Of a stretch of 64,000 nucleotides of DNA, positions 50,201 to 64,000 are shown in pieces. Position numbers and translations under genes: made by a program. Source of the stretch: Lytechinus pictus (lineage: Eukaryota); contig NC_087245.1 of NCBI RefSeq assembly GCF_037042905.1, positions 10,666,001-10,730,000 of the forward strand, written 5' to 3'. The number at the start of each line of letters is the position of its first letter. The first letter of the stretch is position 1. The notes beneath the pieces were generated by a model. That model was not told where the DNA came from and made no database searches. It was given only the letters and a program-made list of their open reading frames with translations.

Positions 50201-53200
50201 TGTTTAGGCCTAAAAATCTGGTTTAATTATACACGCCAAAATCATGTTTACGTGTACATGCAAATCTGCCCTCCTGAGTAGGCTTTAAGGGATTCACCAA
50301 GTAATCATTTATACTAATTATAGAGAAGATATATAAGAGGATGAACTATATCTGCATTTGCGGCACCTATGTATATTTACCTACAACCAAGCATCTTAAT
50401 TGTAGTTTTTTCTTGGGAGTGAAATGATACTGTCTCATGAGAAATCGTCCCAAGTGGAATCCAAAATCCAATTATTTCATTCTAATAAGATGAAGTCTAG
50501 GAAAAAAAAACTTTTTGGCTTTGCTACATTCTGCTGATGTAATTGCCTTTTGCGTTTTTTCTCTACAAGTTCTTCTCTTGGATAGATTTGACTTTCGAAA
50601 ATAGCCTTAAGGTACGTATTCGATTTGCGAGAAATTTGTTTGAATTTAAATTCAGAGGAAATGGTCTGTTGTAGGAAGTAAGAATTTGCTGGGTTTATCC
50701 GAATTTGTGATATGTTGTTGTTTGTTCACATGAACTTTTCTGCTCGTGAAAATTGGTAATAAACATCAAATTAGCAAGTAGTAATTATTTTTAAACTTAA
50801 ATTTGGTTTAAAATAAAGATTATTTTTTTCAACGATAATTCTCTTATCGATAACTATTACTGGGGTTATTACGTTTGAATGTGATTTGCATAATTGGGAT
50901 GTTTTTTTCTCTCCCTACGTAGTCTCTAAAGTAGTTTTCCAATAATGCAATATCATATTTTAGGTTTTTAAAAGCTTAATGATGTTTTCATTTATCGCAT
51001 ATTTCTAATGTTTTCGGGTTTATCATGGTCATGATAGTATAGTATTTATTTCCCGTATAAAAACACACACAAAAAAGCCAAACGGATAGATAGCCCATAT
51101 TCAGTTAAGTCGACATGACTATACTATTCTTCAATCATGTCCATGGGGTCCATATACAAAACAAAGTAAAAAAGTAAAAAGTAAACACATATGAAAGAAG
51201 CATAACATACACGGTAAATCAAACAAAATAACAATAGTGATATGATATATCATGTTACTAATCAGAAAAGATCATAAGATTAAATAGTTTGGCAATAATT
51301 TACACTATTTTATAAAATGAATGATGAATGATAAAATGAATGATGATCCTGTACTTTGGAGAGAAAAAAATCATCATCTTCGAAGTGTGTACTTTAATGG
51401 TTGCAAGGGAAATTAGTAGACACCGAATTGTAAAAGGAACATTACTGCCACAAATTCTGCTTAAGGCAATATTGATGAAATACTCCTGTAATTGAAACCG
51501 ATCAGCAGAGAATATCCACACTTTGCTTATTGTATCCTTGACTTTTGTCTCTGCTTATTGAGCATAGTTATGACAATCTTCAATAATTACCTCGTAAGAA
51601 CAATTCGTAGCCTTTATAAAATCCTATGGGAGTAATGAAATGATAACGGAGAAAACGACGTGGATGATGATGATGATGATAAGAATAAAATTAGTTGTAT
51701 CTGCAACAAAAACAGTAATACAAATAGAAATAGATATGATACAAATCATGATATGATGTTATTTTTTACAATGATATCAATGATAATAATAATATTATAA
51801 TCACCGATGAAAATAATAATGATAACAATAATAACGTAATGATAATAAAAATGATGCTAATGCTGATGATGTTCGTGATTGTAATATTGATAATAATAAT
51901 AATAAAAACAACAATAATAATGATAATGAAGGGAATCTAATTTAGAAGAGAATCTCTGCCATGAACAATACCTTGCAATTTGCTTTTACATTTGTTTTTT
52001 AGCCTTCATTTACCAAATTGAATTTCATTATAATTCCAATATAGAATTGTGATTCAGTACAATCAGGTACAAAAAAAAGAGAAATATGATCAAGCATGCA
52101 CACTCTAAGAAAAAAAGTACATTAGGTTGGTTTAAAAATGAACCTTCTAACTGTTGATTAAAAGGTTGGTTAGGTTGGATAAAACATACATGCGAGTGCA
52201 GTAAATTAGTATACTGTGACAATATTTTCCCGGGGTTGTATGATAATGATTCAGCCATGTTAGTATGACTATTGCACTCGCTTTTGACTCAGGCAATATA
52301 CGCGAGCAAAGTTAAAATGTCTGTTTTACCAATCGATTGCGACCAAAATGATATAACCATGGAAAGGCAAGACCTACGAGGAATCGTTCTTTAATATACT
52401 GGCACAGATGACAAAGGTACAGGTGTAGAGTAAGGATTAAGAAATCGTCATCATGAACGATTATTTGATTTAAAATCGCTTCCAGGTGTAATCATCTATA
52501 TGAGACAGGTGGGATATAATTTGTCTCGTAGATCTATCCAGACACCCTACTGCGTCGCAAACTGCTGGCGGAATTAAGAATTTATAATAAATGAGGAATT
52601 TACTCTCCACCTCTATATTTTTCATTTTGTAGTTTATCGAATTATTATGATACCATCCACAAATAGACATGATTTGATATTGAAATTAAGAAAAAAAAAT
52701 TGTTTGGCCTATAGACGTGTAGAATATTAACAAAAGATGTTTCTTCACTACATACTGTAAGGTAGATACCAGCTTGTTCGTGTAAATCCTTTATAAACCT
52801 ATTTCATTTGAAACTGGCTCCAGCCTAGTAGCTTCATTAGTCTTTGTTACTTCGAACAAAATTAAGAAATTATAATCATGAACACGTTGCTCAGCACTTA
52901 AAATTAATCTCTCATGAATCCAAGCAAAGAAGATCAATTAGATTAATGCACGTTACATTACATATCACTGGCATTGTTGTCTTGTTTTAAACGAGCCTAA
53001 AAAAATTTCCAACCCTGATTTTCTTTTTTGAAATTATTTTTCGAAATTATTATTATTATGTCGAAATGTTTATTAATAAAATGTCTAAAGCAGTTTTTTT
53101 TTATCAGCAAGAATAGCTCAATTTGCCACGTATTTTATGAGCAGTAGCAGTAATTTGTAGTTTTACTATTTCATAATTCTACACAATTGTTATTCATTTT

Positions 53201-54251
53201 TTAAAAACTTTTATCTTAAGCGCTTTTGGGCTAATGGGACAAGCGCCATAATAACAACAATCAGCTGATATGGCGATGAAACTGAATTTGTATAAAATTG
53301 ATGTAAATCACAGTAAACTGCCAAACAACATGAACATTTAGTAAAGGGATTTGGAAGGGTCTCCAGATGTCTTTTTGTCTGGTTAGAACACCAAGAATTT
53401 AGATACAGCAGAAAAGACTAAGAAACGGAAAACAAGTTAGCGGAGTGACTGACTTTACATTAATCCAAGATAAACAGAAAACATTTATACCCATATTTAT
53501 CTACTTAGGTTGCAACTAGTGAATCAACCAGCTTGGTAAATAAAATTAACTTTAGTGTATAAGAATACATTTACTATCACTTTGCACGAATTGAAGTAAT
53601 GCCTGTCTCGGTAAAGACCAGCAATTTAAAAGGCACAAAGTTTCTTTTGCAGTCTTCAAGCATTGTAAAAGAATATTATCAATTAGTGAGTTAAAAAGTC
53701 CACCTATTGCTTACGAGATTTCAAATCAAACAACTGCGCTTGAATATCAATCGCGGAATACCAGGACCAGGCGCAGACAATTGAGCCTCGGCGCTATCGA
53801 TTTGCCATCGTTGCCATGGCAGCAGCGAAGATAGTGAGTGATGTTTGATGAGCAAGGCTGTCGTTCGTGTAAATACACTCCTTTTTGATCCGGCCCATCA
53901 CCGTACATCTGAAACATAATACCCACATTAGCTGTCTACATCGGCTAACTGGCGTGCTCTAAGTTGGTGTCGATAAAAGCTTGGATTGACGAGGATATAG
54001 TCTGCTTTGGTCATGAAATGGGTCAGTCTTCCGCCCCCACATTATCGATATATGCCATCGTGGCGCGGTTTGCTGAACCATTAAAACACATCAAAACCAT
54101 ATCCCTTCCAAGTAATTGATACGCATTATTTTAGGGTTTCTGTGTATCTGATGATTTGAGAAATAGTAAAAGTGCAGCATTTTGCTCGATTTTATTGTGA
54201 CGCAATTTCGTGGCGGGTTAAACGAACTCAGTCTGGGATGACGGCGTGGCA

Positions 54252-54312
54252 CTACTACTACTTCTACTACTGCTGCTGCTGCTGCTGCTGCTACTACTAC
54301 TGCTGCTGATGT

Positions 54313-54374
<62 letters not shown>

Positions 54375-54484
54375 TACTACTAGTACTACTATTACTTCTA
54401 CTACTACTACTTGTAGTAATATGGTAGTACTAGTAGCAGTAGTAGTAGCAGCAGCAGCAGTAGTAGTAGAAGTAGCAGCAGCAG
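54252..54484. repeat. (CTA/CTG)n followed by inverted (TAG/CAG)n microsatellite
   Basis: Directly visible. Orientation switches near 54412. Confidence 0.95.
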
Positions 54485-56489
54485 TTCATGTAGCTGATAG
54501 TACAATCAAGAATATTATTATAATATAATAGAATCTTCATTTGTTTCAATCAGTGTCTTCAATTATCAATATTGAGCGAATAAAGACAACATATCAATCG
54601 TTTTCTCTCCATCATTATTAATGAGACTTTGGCGGCAACCTTTCCCCCCTACTAGTGACATGGTATCGTAGCAATATTTCGCAAGTTTGAGAACAGTAAC
54701 GGATAAAAACTTACAAAACCTGAAAAAGGTTAAAGTCCTTCTTTCTCTAATGCTAAAGAAACGCCTTACCTTTCAATTGCTGCTATATAACTGACAGAAA
54801 ACTTTAGAAACATCATGGCATGTTTACCTGAATTGTATGAAAAGGAGAGTATTTTTGTCAATCCATCAATTTGTTATCGGAAATGAAATTCGATGAATAT
54901 GGGATGAACATGGAGTAATCAATTTCAGCCATAAATAGCACTTTTTACGCATCGACTTTATGGCAAAGGACAAAAAATGAATTGACCCCAAACAGTCCAA
55001 TTCATAAAGTAATGATAAACATGGACAGATAGATTTATTTACATGTATTTAAAATATGGCCATGCTTTACTGCCAGTTCTCCGATACTGAATGATCTATT
55101 TACGATATTTCAAATCCGCTTGCGCCTTGATAAATCACTTATAAACCTGCTTAATTAGCAAATAGACAGGTCGACTCTGGCTAATAATATTACTTTCTCT
55201 CAGGAAAAGATGAGGATTTGTCAGACCGTGATGACTTGAAAGCTTTGTCAGTATAGTGGGAAATCATGAAGAATTACCCTCCTAACTTTTATACAGAGTA
55301 ACCTGTTATCTGTTTTTCATGACCACTGGTGATTAAATAAACCATAATTTGCTGCTCTCGAGTATAAAAAACCGCATATGCCTGTAGCAGTCGTAAAAGA
55401 AAATGCAATCTCTTAATTACAAAAGCAACGACCGCCTACGGCACAGGACTAAGTGACAAAGGGGATCCCAATATAACATGTTTTACGACATAGACTACTA
55501 ATCTGAAGTTAAGTAAGTAAGACTCCATTTTATGTTCCTCCAATGTATAACAAGATGGCGTCACCAATTAATAAAACGCGGGAGCGAATCCTGAAATCAT
55601 TTGGCTTCCATCTTGTGATTTGCTGACCAACAAGCTGTTTTTAAGATATGAATAAAAATATATAGATGGAAGTTTTCAAACACAATATTTATTCTGTTCC
55701 ATGAAGATTCGATACTTCAGAGAAAACAAAAAATCAACATTACATTATATATATATATTAAATATCATATAAGCTTCTTAAAAATAATAATTCCTACTTT
55801 CACAAAACTGCCACCATCACAATCAAAATAATTTTTATTATAAATATCATCTCCACCATTAATGTGAGCTGTTATCATGATCATTATCATAATCACAATC
55901 AATCACGCCAATTCGTTATTATCCCCATTCTTCTTTAAAAAAAATTATATCATTTATTTTAATTGACCAATGCTTGACTGACGCTGGGAATTTTACCATT
56001 CTTACAGATGGATTAACCTGACACTATATCTCCTGCTATAGTCAACCGTACGAGATACAAACATAAACCCACACTCTCATAGAAACCAAGACATACACTT
56101 AAAAACTAACACAAACTAAACTCTTGGACAAAGAATTTCCAGCCTTTATTTCTTTGCCTCCTCCCTCTCTCTTTTTTTGCGCACACATTCTCATGCACGC
56201 GCACACCAACTGCGAATTCGCGCCCACACACATCCGACTCTCACACACTCTTTTCTATTCTTCCTTGTTTTCTCTCTCATAGCTCACACAGGGGGAGTCT
56301 CCGGCATACTGTTTGACCAACAAGCCGCTTTCATGCTGTTTTACTCTCCACACACTCTAAATCGGGCAAGATACCGACAATAAAGTGAAAATGGAAAATA
56401 ATATAATATACACAAGTATTTTCAATCTAGTGACCGACCCTAGGTGTAGTTTTCACTCATATTCTTTTTATATTATTATTATCAATAGG

Positions 56490-59400
56490 GCAAACTTACA
56501 TAATAATTTATGAAGTGTGGGTTTAGAACAGGCGGTGTGTTTTTAGACGTCCATAAAGCATTCGACGTTGTATCTCATGAGTAACGGTTAAATAAACTAA
56601 CCTGCTATGGCATAAAAGAAAATGAATATCATTGGTTTAAATCGTATATAACAGGTATAGAATACAACGTGTTTCAATAAATGGTACTTTAAGTGATTCG
56701 TTAATCGTAAAAACAGGAAGCATTTTTTACAATCACAATTTAATATAACTGATTGGATGGACAGAAACGAAATGTATATAAACGTCAACAAGACTAAAGT
56801 CATGATCTTTGGTTCAATTGACAAAATATAAGTTGTAAAATTTATGTATTATGTAAAAAATCTAACACCGGAAAACGTTAATAGCATCAAGTATCTTGGA
56901 GTTACTCTCGACCCAGTTATGAAATGGACAAAACATGTTAACAGTGTGTAACGCAAATTTCATCGGGTCACTGCTTGTATTCGGAGGATTAAGCCCTACT
57001 TAACCCAAAGACGCTATAGACGGGTCAATATACGACCAAAAATAGCCTTACCCGGAACAAATTGCAACAAATGATTTTTCAACGGTATTTTGTACTATTT
57101 GACCTCAGGAATAACATGCTAAAAATCTACCAAAATCCGAACCCGGGAAAGTGGTTATTTTCAAGATGGCGTCCAAGATGGCCGCCATTCACTGAAAATT
57201 GATACAACTGACACATTATCCACTCTAGAATCCTATTTCGGTTCATATTCCATGTTCTGGGGTTACAAAAACTGATTTAGGCTAGAATGAATTATAAGCC
57301 CTCCAGTGTACCAGGCAAATCCAAGATGGCGCCCAAAATGGCTGCCATATAGGCTGAAAATCAACAATTCATCTAAATTTGTTTTTATTCAATGGTTTTA
57401 AGGGTAAAATATTACGTCGAAACAAGTAATAAGGACAGCCAGTGGTCTGGTGTGTCCAAAAATCCAAGATGGCTTCCAAAAATGGAGTTTAAAATGGCTG
57501 TTGATAATTAAAATGGACATAGTTCATTTCATATCCGCCTGGGACATAATGATTTGGTGCGAAGACCATGATTTCAATGGTCAAATAAGACATTGGGACA
57601 AGTTACAAACACAGTCAGTGGTCTAGTATGTTAAAAAATCCAAGATGGCCTCCAAGAATGGAATCGAAAATTGCTGTTGCAACTTCAAAAAATCCGTCAT
57701 AGTTTGCTCAATGTCCAGAAATATGATTTTTGTGTCTTATACCATGGTTAAATGGGTCGAATAATACATTGGGACAAGTTACAAGGAAAGTCAGTGGTCT
57801 GGTATGTGCAAAAATCCTCGATGGATTCTAGAAATTGATTCTGAAATGGCTGCTAATACTTCGGACGTAGCTCATTTCATTTTGGCCTGGGATATGTGAT
57901 TTTGATGTCTAAACCACTGGTTTCAAGGGTCAAATAATATCTTAAGATAAGTTAAAAGGACAGTCAATGGTCTGGTTTGTCCAAAAATCGAATATGGCGT
58001 CCAAAAATTGGTCTTAAAAATATGCTGCTGATACTTAAAGTGGACAAAGCTCATTTTATATTGGCATGAGAGATGCGATTTTGGTGTCTAAACCGCTGGT
58101 TTAAGGGCCAAAATAATACATTAGGACACGTTTTAAGGCCAGTCAGTGGTCTGGTATGACCAAAAATCCAATATGGCTTCCAAAACTTGATTCATAAATG
58201 GCTGTTGATACTTAAAAGTGGCATAGCTCATCTTAAATCCTCCTGTGAGATATGATTTCGGTGTCTAAACTATGGTTTCAAGGGTCAAATTATATATTAG
58301 GACAAGACAATGGCAGTCAGTGGTCTAGTATGTCCAAAATTACAAGATGGCTTCCAAAAATGGAGTAAGAAATGTCTGATGTTACTTATAAAAGGACATA
58401 GTTTGTTTAATATCTGTCTGGGGAATATGAGTTTGGTGTTTAAAGCATGGTTTAAAAGGGTCAAGTAATACACTAGGGTAAGTTACAAGACCAGTCAGTT
58501 GTCTGTATGTTAAAAAATCGAAGATTACTTCAAAAAATGGGGTGTAGATTGACTGTTGCTACCTAAAAGTATGCATAGTTTATTATAAATACACCTTGGA
58601 GGTATGATTTTACTGTCTATACTAGAGTTTACAGGGTCAAGCAATACATTGGGTTAAGTTGAACGGACAGTCAGGTGTCAGGTATGTCCAAAAATCAAAG
58701 ATGGCTTTAAAAATGGGGGTCTTAAATGACTGCTGTTACGTATAAAAAGTGGATGTAGAACATTATAAATACACCTTGGGGATATTATTTTGGTGTCTAC
58801 ACTAGGCTTTCAAGGGTCAAACAATACTTTGGGACTGGTTACCAAGATATGCAGCTATCCATTTTGCCTTAAAATCAAAGTTGGCTTAAAAATGGGTTCT
58901 AAAGCATGTAAAGTGACTACTGCTCCATAAAATATCTACCTGTTAGGAATAATCTTGGTGTCTACACTTAAATGCATGGGGACAAGTTATCATATTGCTT
59001 CATGAGTTAGTAACAGCACCCATTTTGATGAAATTTTAGAATCTATCATGGATTCTTTGACAAAATGGAGTACTAACCATCCTGTTACTTGTCCGAGTGT
59101 ATTATTTGACCCTTCATACCACAATTTGGACACCAACATTATTTCTTGCAGATGAATATTGTAGAACTCTGACCACTATTGAATGATATGAGTCGTTTTA
59201 GATTCCTTTTTTAAAAACCCTCTTGTGTTTTAGGCAAATTGGACAACTGCATATCAATGTAACCAGTCCAAACGTATTATTTTAACCATGAAACCATAGT
59301 GTGGACACCGAAATCATATCTCCTAGGTGGATTTTAAATGAACTATGTCCATTTTTTAAGTAACAACAGTCATTTTAGACTCCGATTTTTGGAAGCTTTC

Positions 59401-61346
59401 TTAGATTTTCGACATACTGGACCACTGACTGTCCTTGTAACTAATTTTCTGCCTTTTGAAACCATGATATAGGCAACAAAATCATATGCCCTTGACGAAT
59501 AAAACATGAATTATGTCCATTTTTAAATACCATCGCGGCTGATTGATACTATTTTTTTAGCCACCGTAGACTTTTGGACATACTTGACCACCAATCGTCC
59601 TTGTAAAAGATCCAAATTTATTATTTGACCCATTTAACCATGGTATAGGCAAAAAAAATCATATTCCAGGATATTGAACAAACTATGTTGGGTTTTTTTT
59701 TTAGTAGCAACAGCATTTTTACTCCATTTTTGGAAGCCATCTTGGATTTTTGAACATACCGGACCACTGACTGTTCTTGTAACTTGTCCCAATGTATTAT
59801 TTGACCATTGAAACCATGGTCTAGACACCAAATCACATCTCTCAAGTGGATGTGATATGAGCAATGTCCAATTTAAGGATTAATAGCCATTTCAAACTCA
59901 TTTTTTGGAAACCATCTTTTATTTTTAGACACACCAGACCCACTGGCTGTCCTTGTAATTTGTTCCGATGTACTACTTCATCATTAAAACAATCGAATGG
60001 AAACCAAATTAAAGCCACTTAAGTAATAGATGAATTGTGGATTTTTTAAACTACGGCAGCCATTTTGGGCGCCATCTTGGATTTTCCTGGTACCCTGGAG
60101 TGCTAATATTCACTCTAACTTGTATAAATAAATTCTTTTACCCATTGGACCATGGAACATGAACCCAAATAGGATTCTAGGGTGGATAGTGAGTGAGTTA
60201 TATCAATTTTTGGTGAATGGTGGCCATCTTGGACGCCATCTTGAAAATAACAATTTTCCCAGATGCGGATTTTGGTAGATTTTTAGTATGTTATTCCTGA
60301 GGTCAAATAGTACAAAATACCGTTGAAAAATCATTTGTTGCAATTTGTTCCGGGTCAAACCATATATTGACCCGTCTACTAATTGATCTGTATTTTGCCA
60401 TGTTTGTCTCTCATCTTGATTATTGTTCCATTATCTAGGGTAACATAACAAAAACGAACATTACGAGACCACAACGTGCCCAGAATCGCTACGCCAGAAT
60501 GACTTTAAATGCCGACCGATATACATCTACTACATGCTCACTGCAGAAGCGTAATTGGCAATCCGTTCTCCAACGAATCAAGGTTATTCACTGTATTGTT
60601 ATATTCAAAATAATCAACAACTTTACCCCAAATTATCTAAAGAAGCTAATATCGAACAAGCAAATTTATCATACGTCTACAAATGCTGCAAAAACCCCTC
60701 TTTTTGTCACAACTCCACGTACTGAATATATGAAACCATAATTTTCTTATCAGGGCACATTCATGTCCTTTCTTGCCTTACATTTCAATCTTTTAAAAGA
60801 CAGTGCAAACAACTTAGCCATACATTTAAAGACCTGTTTAAACAAGTAATTTTTAGAATAGAAACAGCCAACATTTTCGCAGTGGGAGGGGGGGGGGGGT
60901 TGTGCAATTAGAAAAAATGTCTCGTTTTAATTTAATTGTTACTTTATCTGTACTGATAAATTGTAGTATTATTTGATTGTTTGTTTCTCAATTTTTATAC
61001 TTTTTTATTTTCATGCCAGAATCACAATCATTATCGCCTTTTTCATTTTATTCTAATATTCATCTAGTTTGCCATTTTATTGTTACATTTCGATCACTCT
61101 ATGTATCTATTATGTATTGTTAGTTTCATATGTATGCTTTTGAATTTCATTTCTTTTATATTGCTTGTAGTTTTTCTTTTTGATTAATTCTGTAATTATT
61201 CATCACTGTACACTGTATTACGATTGTTATATGTATTTGTATATGTATATGGCTCTCTCAAAAAGCAGTTTTATGTACTGAAGGGACCGCCCTGTCTACA
61301 AAACAGAAATGAATAAATAAAAAAAATTAATAATTAAATAAATAAA
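56490..61346 (+). mobile_element. Decayed CR1/L2-group LINE interrupted by an Academ-like element
   Basis: GGVFLDVHKAFDVVSH at about 56531, KYLGVTLDPVMKWTKHV at about 56889, then IDLYFAMFVSHLDYCSII after the insertion, and an (aaat)n tail at about 61310-61346. Confidence 0.8.
57017..60378. mobile_element. Non-autonomous Academ-like DNA transposon with internal satellite-like repeats
   Basis: TAG...CTA termini (tagacgggtcaatata / tatattgacccgtcta). 3-bp TSD cta at 57014-57016 and 60379-60381. TIRs longer than 300 bp. ~176-bp tandem units in two opposed blocks. Confidence 0.85.
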
Positions 61347-64000
61347 TTCCCTTTGCATCCGATCGGCAGCAAGAGACGCAGTTAAAGTGCACCAACACCG
61401 CCATGACCATGTACAATATCTCCTATATTTTCGCTGTCCCTGACTGTCAAAAGCAAGTAACTCTAGTTTTGACAGAAACTATCACTCGAACATTATACTA
61501 GTCTGAAATCGATTATATGACAACCATCTTTATATGGAAATTACCAGATTAACGGATTTAGCTTACAATATTGAAAATCCTAATTTGATGGGGGAATCTG
61601 TACCAACTTCAATGTGAAATAATTCTTTATGGCAAATAACACATACAGAGAGAAATCTGATAGCCTTGATCCAATGGATCAGAAGGAATTTTGCCGAGAT
61701 CAGCAGAAATTCAGCCTGTAATGAGGAATGTATACTACCTTTTCAGAGCCAATTTTTAATTATCGTTTAATAGTCTGTCAGAAGAATATAGCTACTGAAT
61801 TTTATGATCTACTTAGAAAATTCAATACAAAAGGGTCAATATGAGTTTAACATGGAATCAGATTGTATACCTTTGTTTGAAAATTATGGTGTATCAAAAT
61901 GAAAGAGAAAGTTTTAAAGGTTGAAACGGATTCACAGTTGGGCATAAAGGGAAGGCAGTGATTTTTTTCCGTCATATTCGAAATGTCCGTCTACGAATAT
62001 TACAATTTTGTTCTTCGAGAAGTTGATGTTGACAGGTTTCTTGAAACAGAGTTTGCTCGCCATTTCAAACGAAGCGTGAAAATATGAATATTTGTTGTTA
62101 GCATTATTGTATGTTGTTGTCTTGCTTCAATGATATAAACTAAGCAGATTTATTAGTCAAATCTCATTCAATAGAGTGCGTAAATGGGCAAGCGGTAACA
62201 CATAACTATCCCTGAAGGTTTTAACCTATCCCTTGCTTATGTTATCCTTAAAATATAATTGATTATATAAGTTAAACATATCTTAGCATACTGAATATAT
62301 CGATGCCATCTTTGTTGTTGCCCTTTTCTCTTATCAGGCTGCTGATTTTTGTTTTTTCACAAGTATTTTTCACAATTCATTTGCCCGTGCGTTGATAATT
62401 ACTTAATCCTGAAAACATAAAAAATAAGAGAGCAAAAAAACAGATTGGGTGCTTTAATAACGATGCGAATGACGGGGATTCAAATTGAATTTTGGAAACC
62501 TGTCATAAAATAAAAACGACGAGATATCTTGGCTTGGTGGGGATAATCGTGTTTATGATTGTTGTTCTTTTTTTTATATGCGCAAAACTGAGAAAAACTT
62601 CAATTACTTAAAAAAGTGGCGTATAACCGTTCCGAGCAGTAATTGATAATAATAAAATTAAATGAAATAGAAAAAATTGGGGGATATCCCCACTTGAATG
62701 CTATTTAAATGCAGGGGGGGGGGCATTAAAGTGTAAATGATACAATTTCAACTCTTTGAGATGACAGTTTAGGCCTATCATGAATCATGTGGCTCGATTA
62801 AGGTTTTGCTGTGACAAAATAATAAATGGAATTTTTAGAATCAAATAGCAATCTCTACCTACCATATACAACGCTGTCACAAACGATACTTTATGGAATT
62901 TCATCATATCACTTTCAATATGCAACTGTCTTATTAACGAAGCTTCAGATGGAATGTTGATCCCCCTGGTATCCCTCTTGTACTTGCCAAATAATTCAAT
63001 CACTATATCACCAGCCCTCAGTGGAATCATTAGTCATTTCTATCGTTATTTATGGGAACTTAACCGGATACGGCAAACAAGTTAACGACATTATAGTTAA
63101 AGTTTCAAGTCAGTTATCAATCATATTCTTCAATGTAAATGAAGGATTGTACAGAAACGTCAATGGCATACTATAGCCCACTCGTGACTTGCTAGTAATT
63201 TGTGTGCTAATTTAACCTTATTTACAATGCGGAAATGAAATAGTTCCTTAATCTCCGTCAAATTCGAGCGCTCTAAAACGAGCAATAAATGAATAATCTG
63301 ACCTGTAATTGTGATTGATGTGACTGGCAGTGCTAGCACCCATGTCCGAAGATCTTGTTTATTCGGAAAGCATGAAAATGAAACTACACGTAACACTTTT
63401 TTATATCATCGATTGGTGACAACAAGTTTGAAATCCACCTGTTTCTATTTTTTGTTTTGTCGTTGACCTGTTTCAGTTGCTAGTCGGCTTTTCATTAAAG
63501 TTGGGCATTATGAAAAACCCATTTTTCATACTACACTCAGAGTGATAAATTGGCATATGACATCAATGCATGTGAGATTAGAATTTTGGGCACCTTCAGG
63601 ACACCGTATTAAAACATACATGTTACAAATATTAAATATCATATTCAATAAGTTGACCTTACGAGTGATGTTGGACAAATGCCATCTTATACATTGACTA
63701 AATACATGATGAGTTCAAAAGAAACTGAGACAAGTAACAATTAAAAGTGACAGAAACGCCACAAAATACTAAATGAAAAACAAAAACAAAAACGAACACC
63801 TTAATTTTGAATAAAAAATAAAGGAAATAAGAAATAAGAAAAAAGATGAAACGACAATATACATGTATGAATAATATAAAATTTACACTTTCTAAACTAG
63901 ACTTCATTAAACAGTAAATGATTGCAAACAATAATGTTTGTTTAATCGATTGGATAGATTTGGGAAAATTGAATATATAATGCTTTTTTTATTAAACAGG

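Noticed and set aside
54770..54790. Possible 21-nt minus-strand micro-exon (ttttctgtcag / AAG|gtaagg), and a possible minus-strand exon near 62290-62408
   Set aside because: The splice-like signals are good, but no coherent reading frame or partner exons could be assembled.

Overview
AT-rich, repeat-dense eukaryotic genomic DNA with spliceosomal introns. The repeat repertoire suggests a marine deuterostome invertebrate, probably a sea urchin (inference). One intact host gene can be assembled on the + strand: five coding exons between 26245 and 38241, about 612 aa, with a signal peptide, an IgGFc-binding (FCGBP N-terminal-like) domain, a Thr-rich mucin-like stalk and a C-terminal PAN/Apple domain. 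A ~52-copy 57-bp minisatellite follows it immediately. The rest is mostly transposon debris: nested non-autonomous DNA transposons (Harbinger-, Kolobok-, hAT-, Tc1/mariner- and Academ-like, many with readable TIRs and TSDs), decayed CR1/L2-group LINEs, tRNA-derived SINEs, and Penelope-like remnants with GIY-YIG fragments and minimal hammerhead ribozymes in inverted pairs. The most unusual signal is a (TA)n-associated repeat family with three copies in two divergent subtypes. It carries a 72-nt short-arm tRNA cloverleaf whose anticodon reads a stop codon (UCA twice, UUA once), with Pol III A/B boxes and an oligo-T terminator. No CRISPR array or prokaryotic system is present. All calls are by eye, with no database searches.
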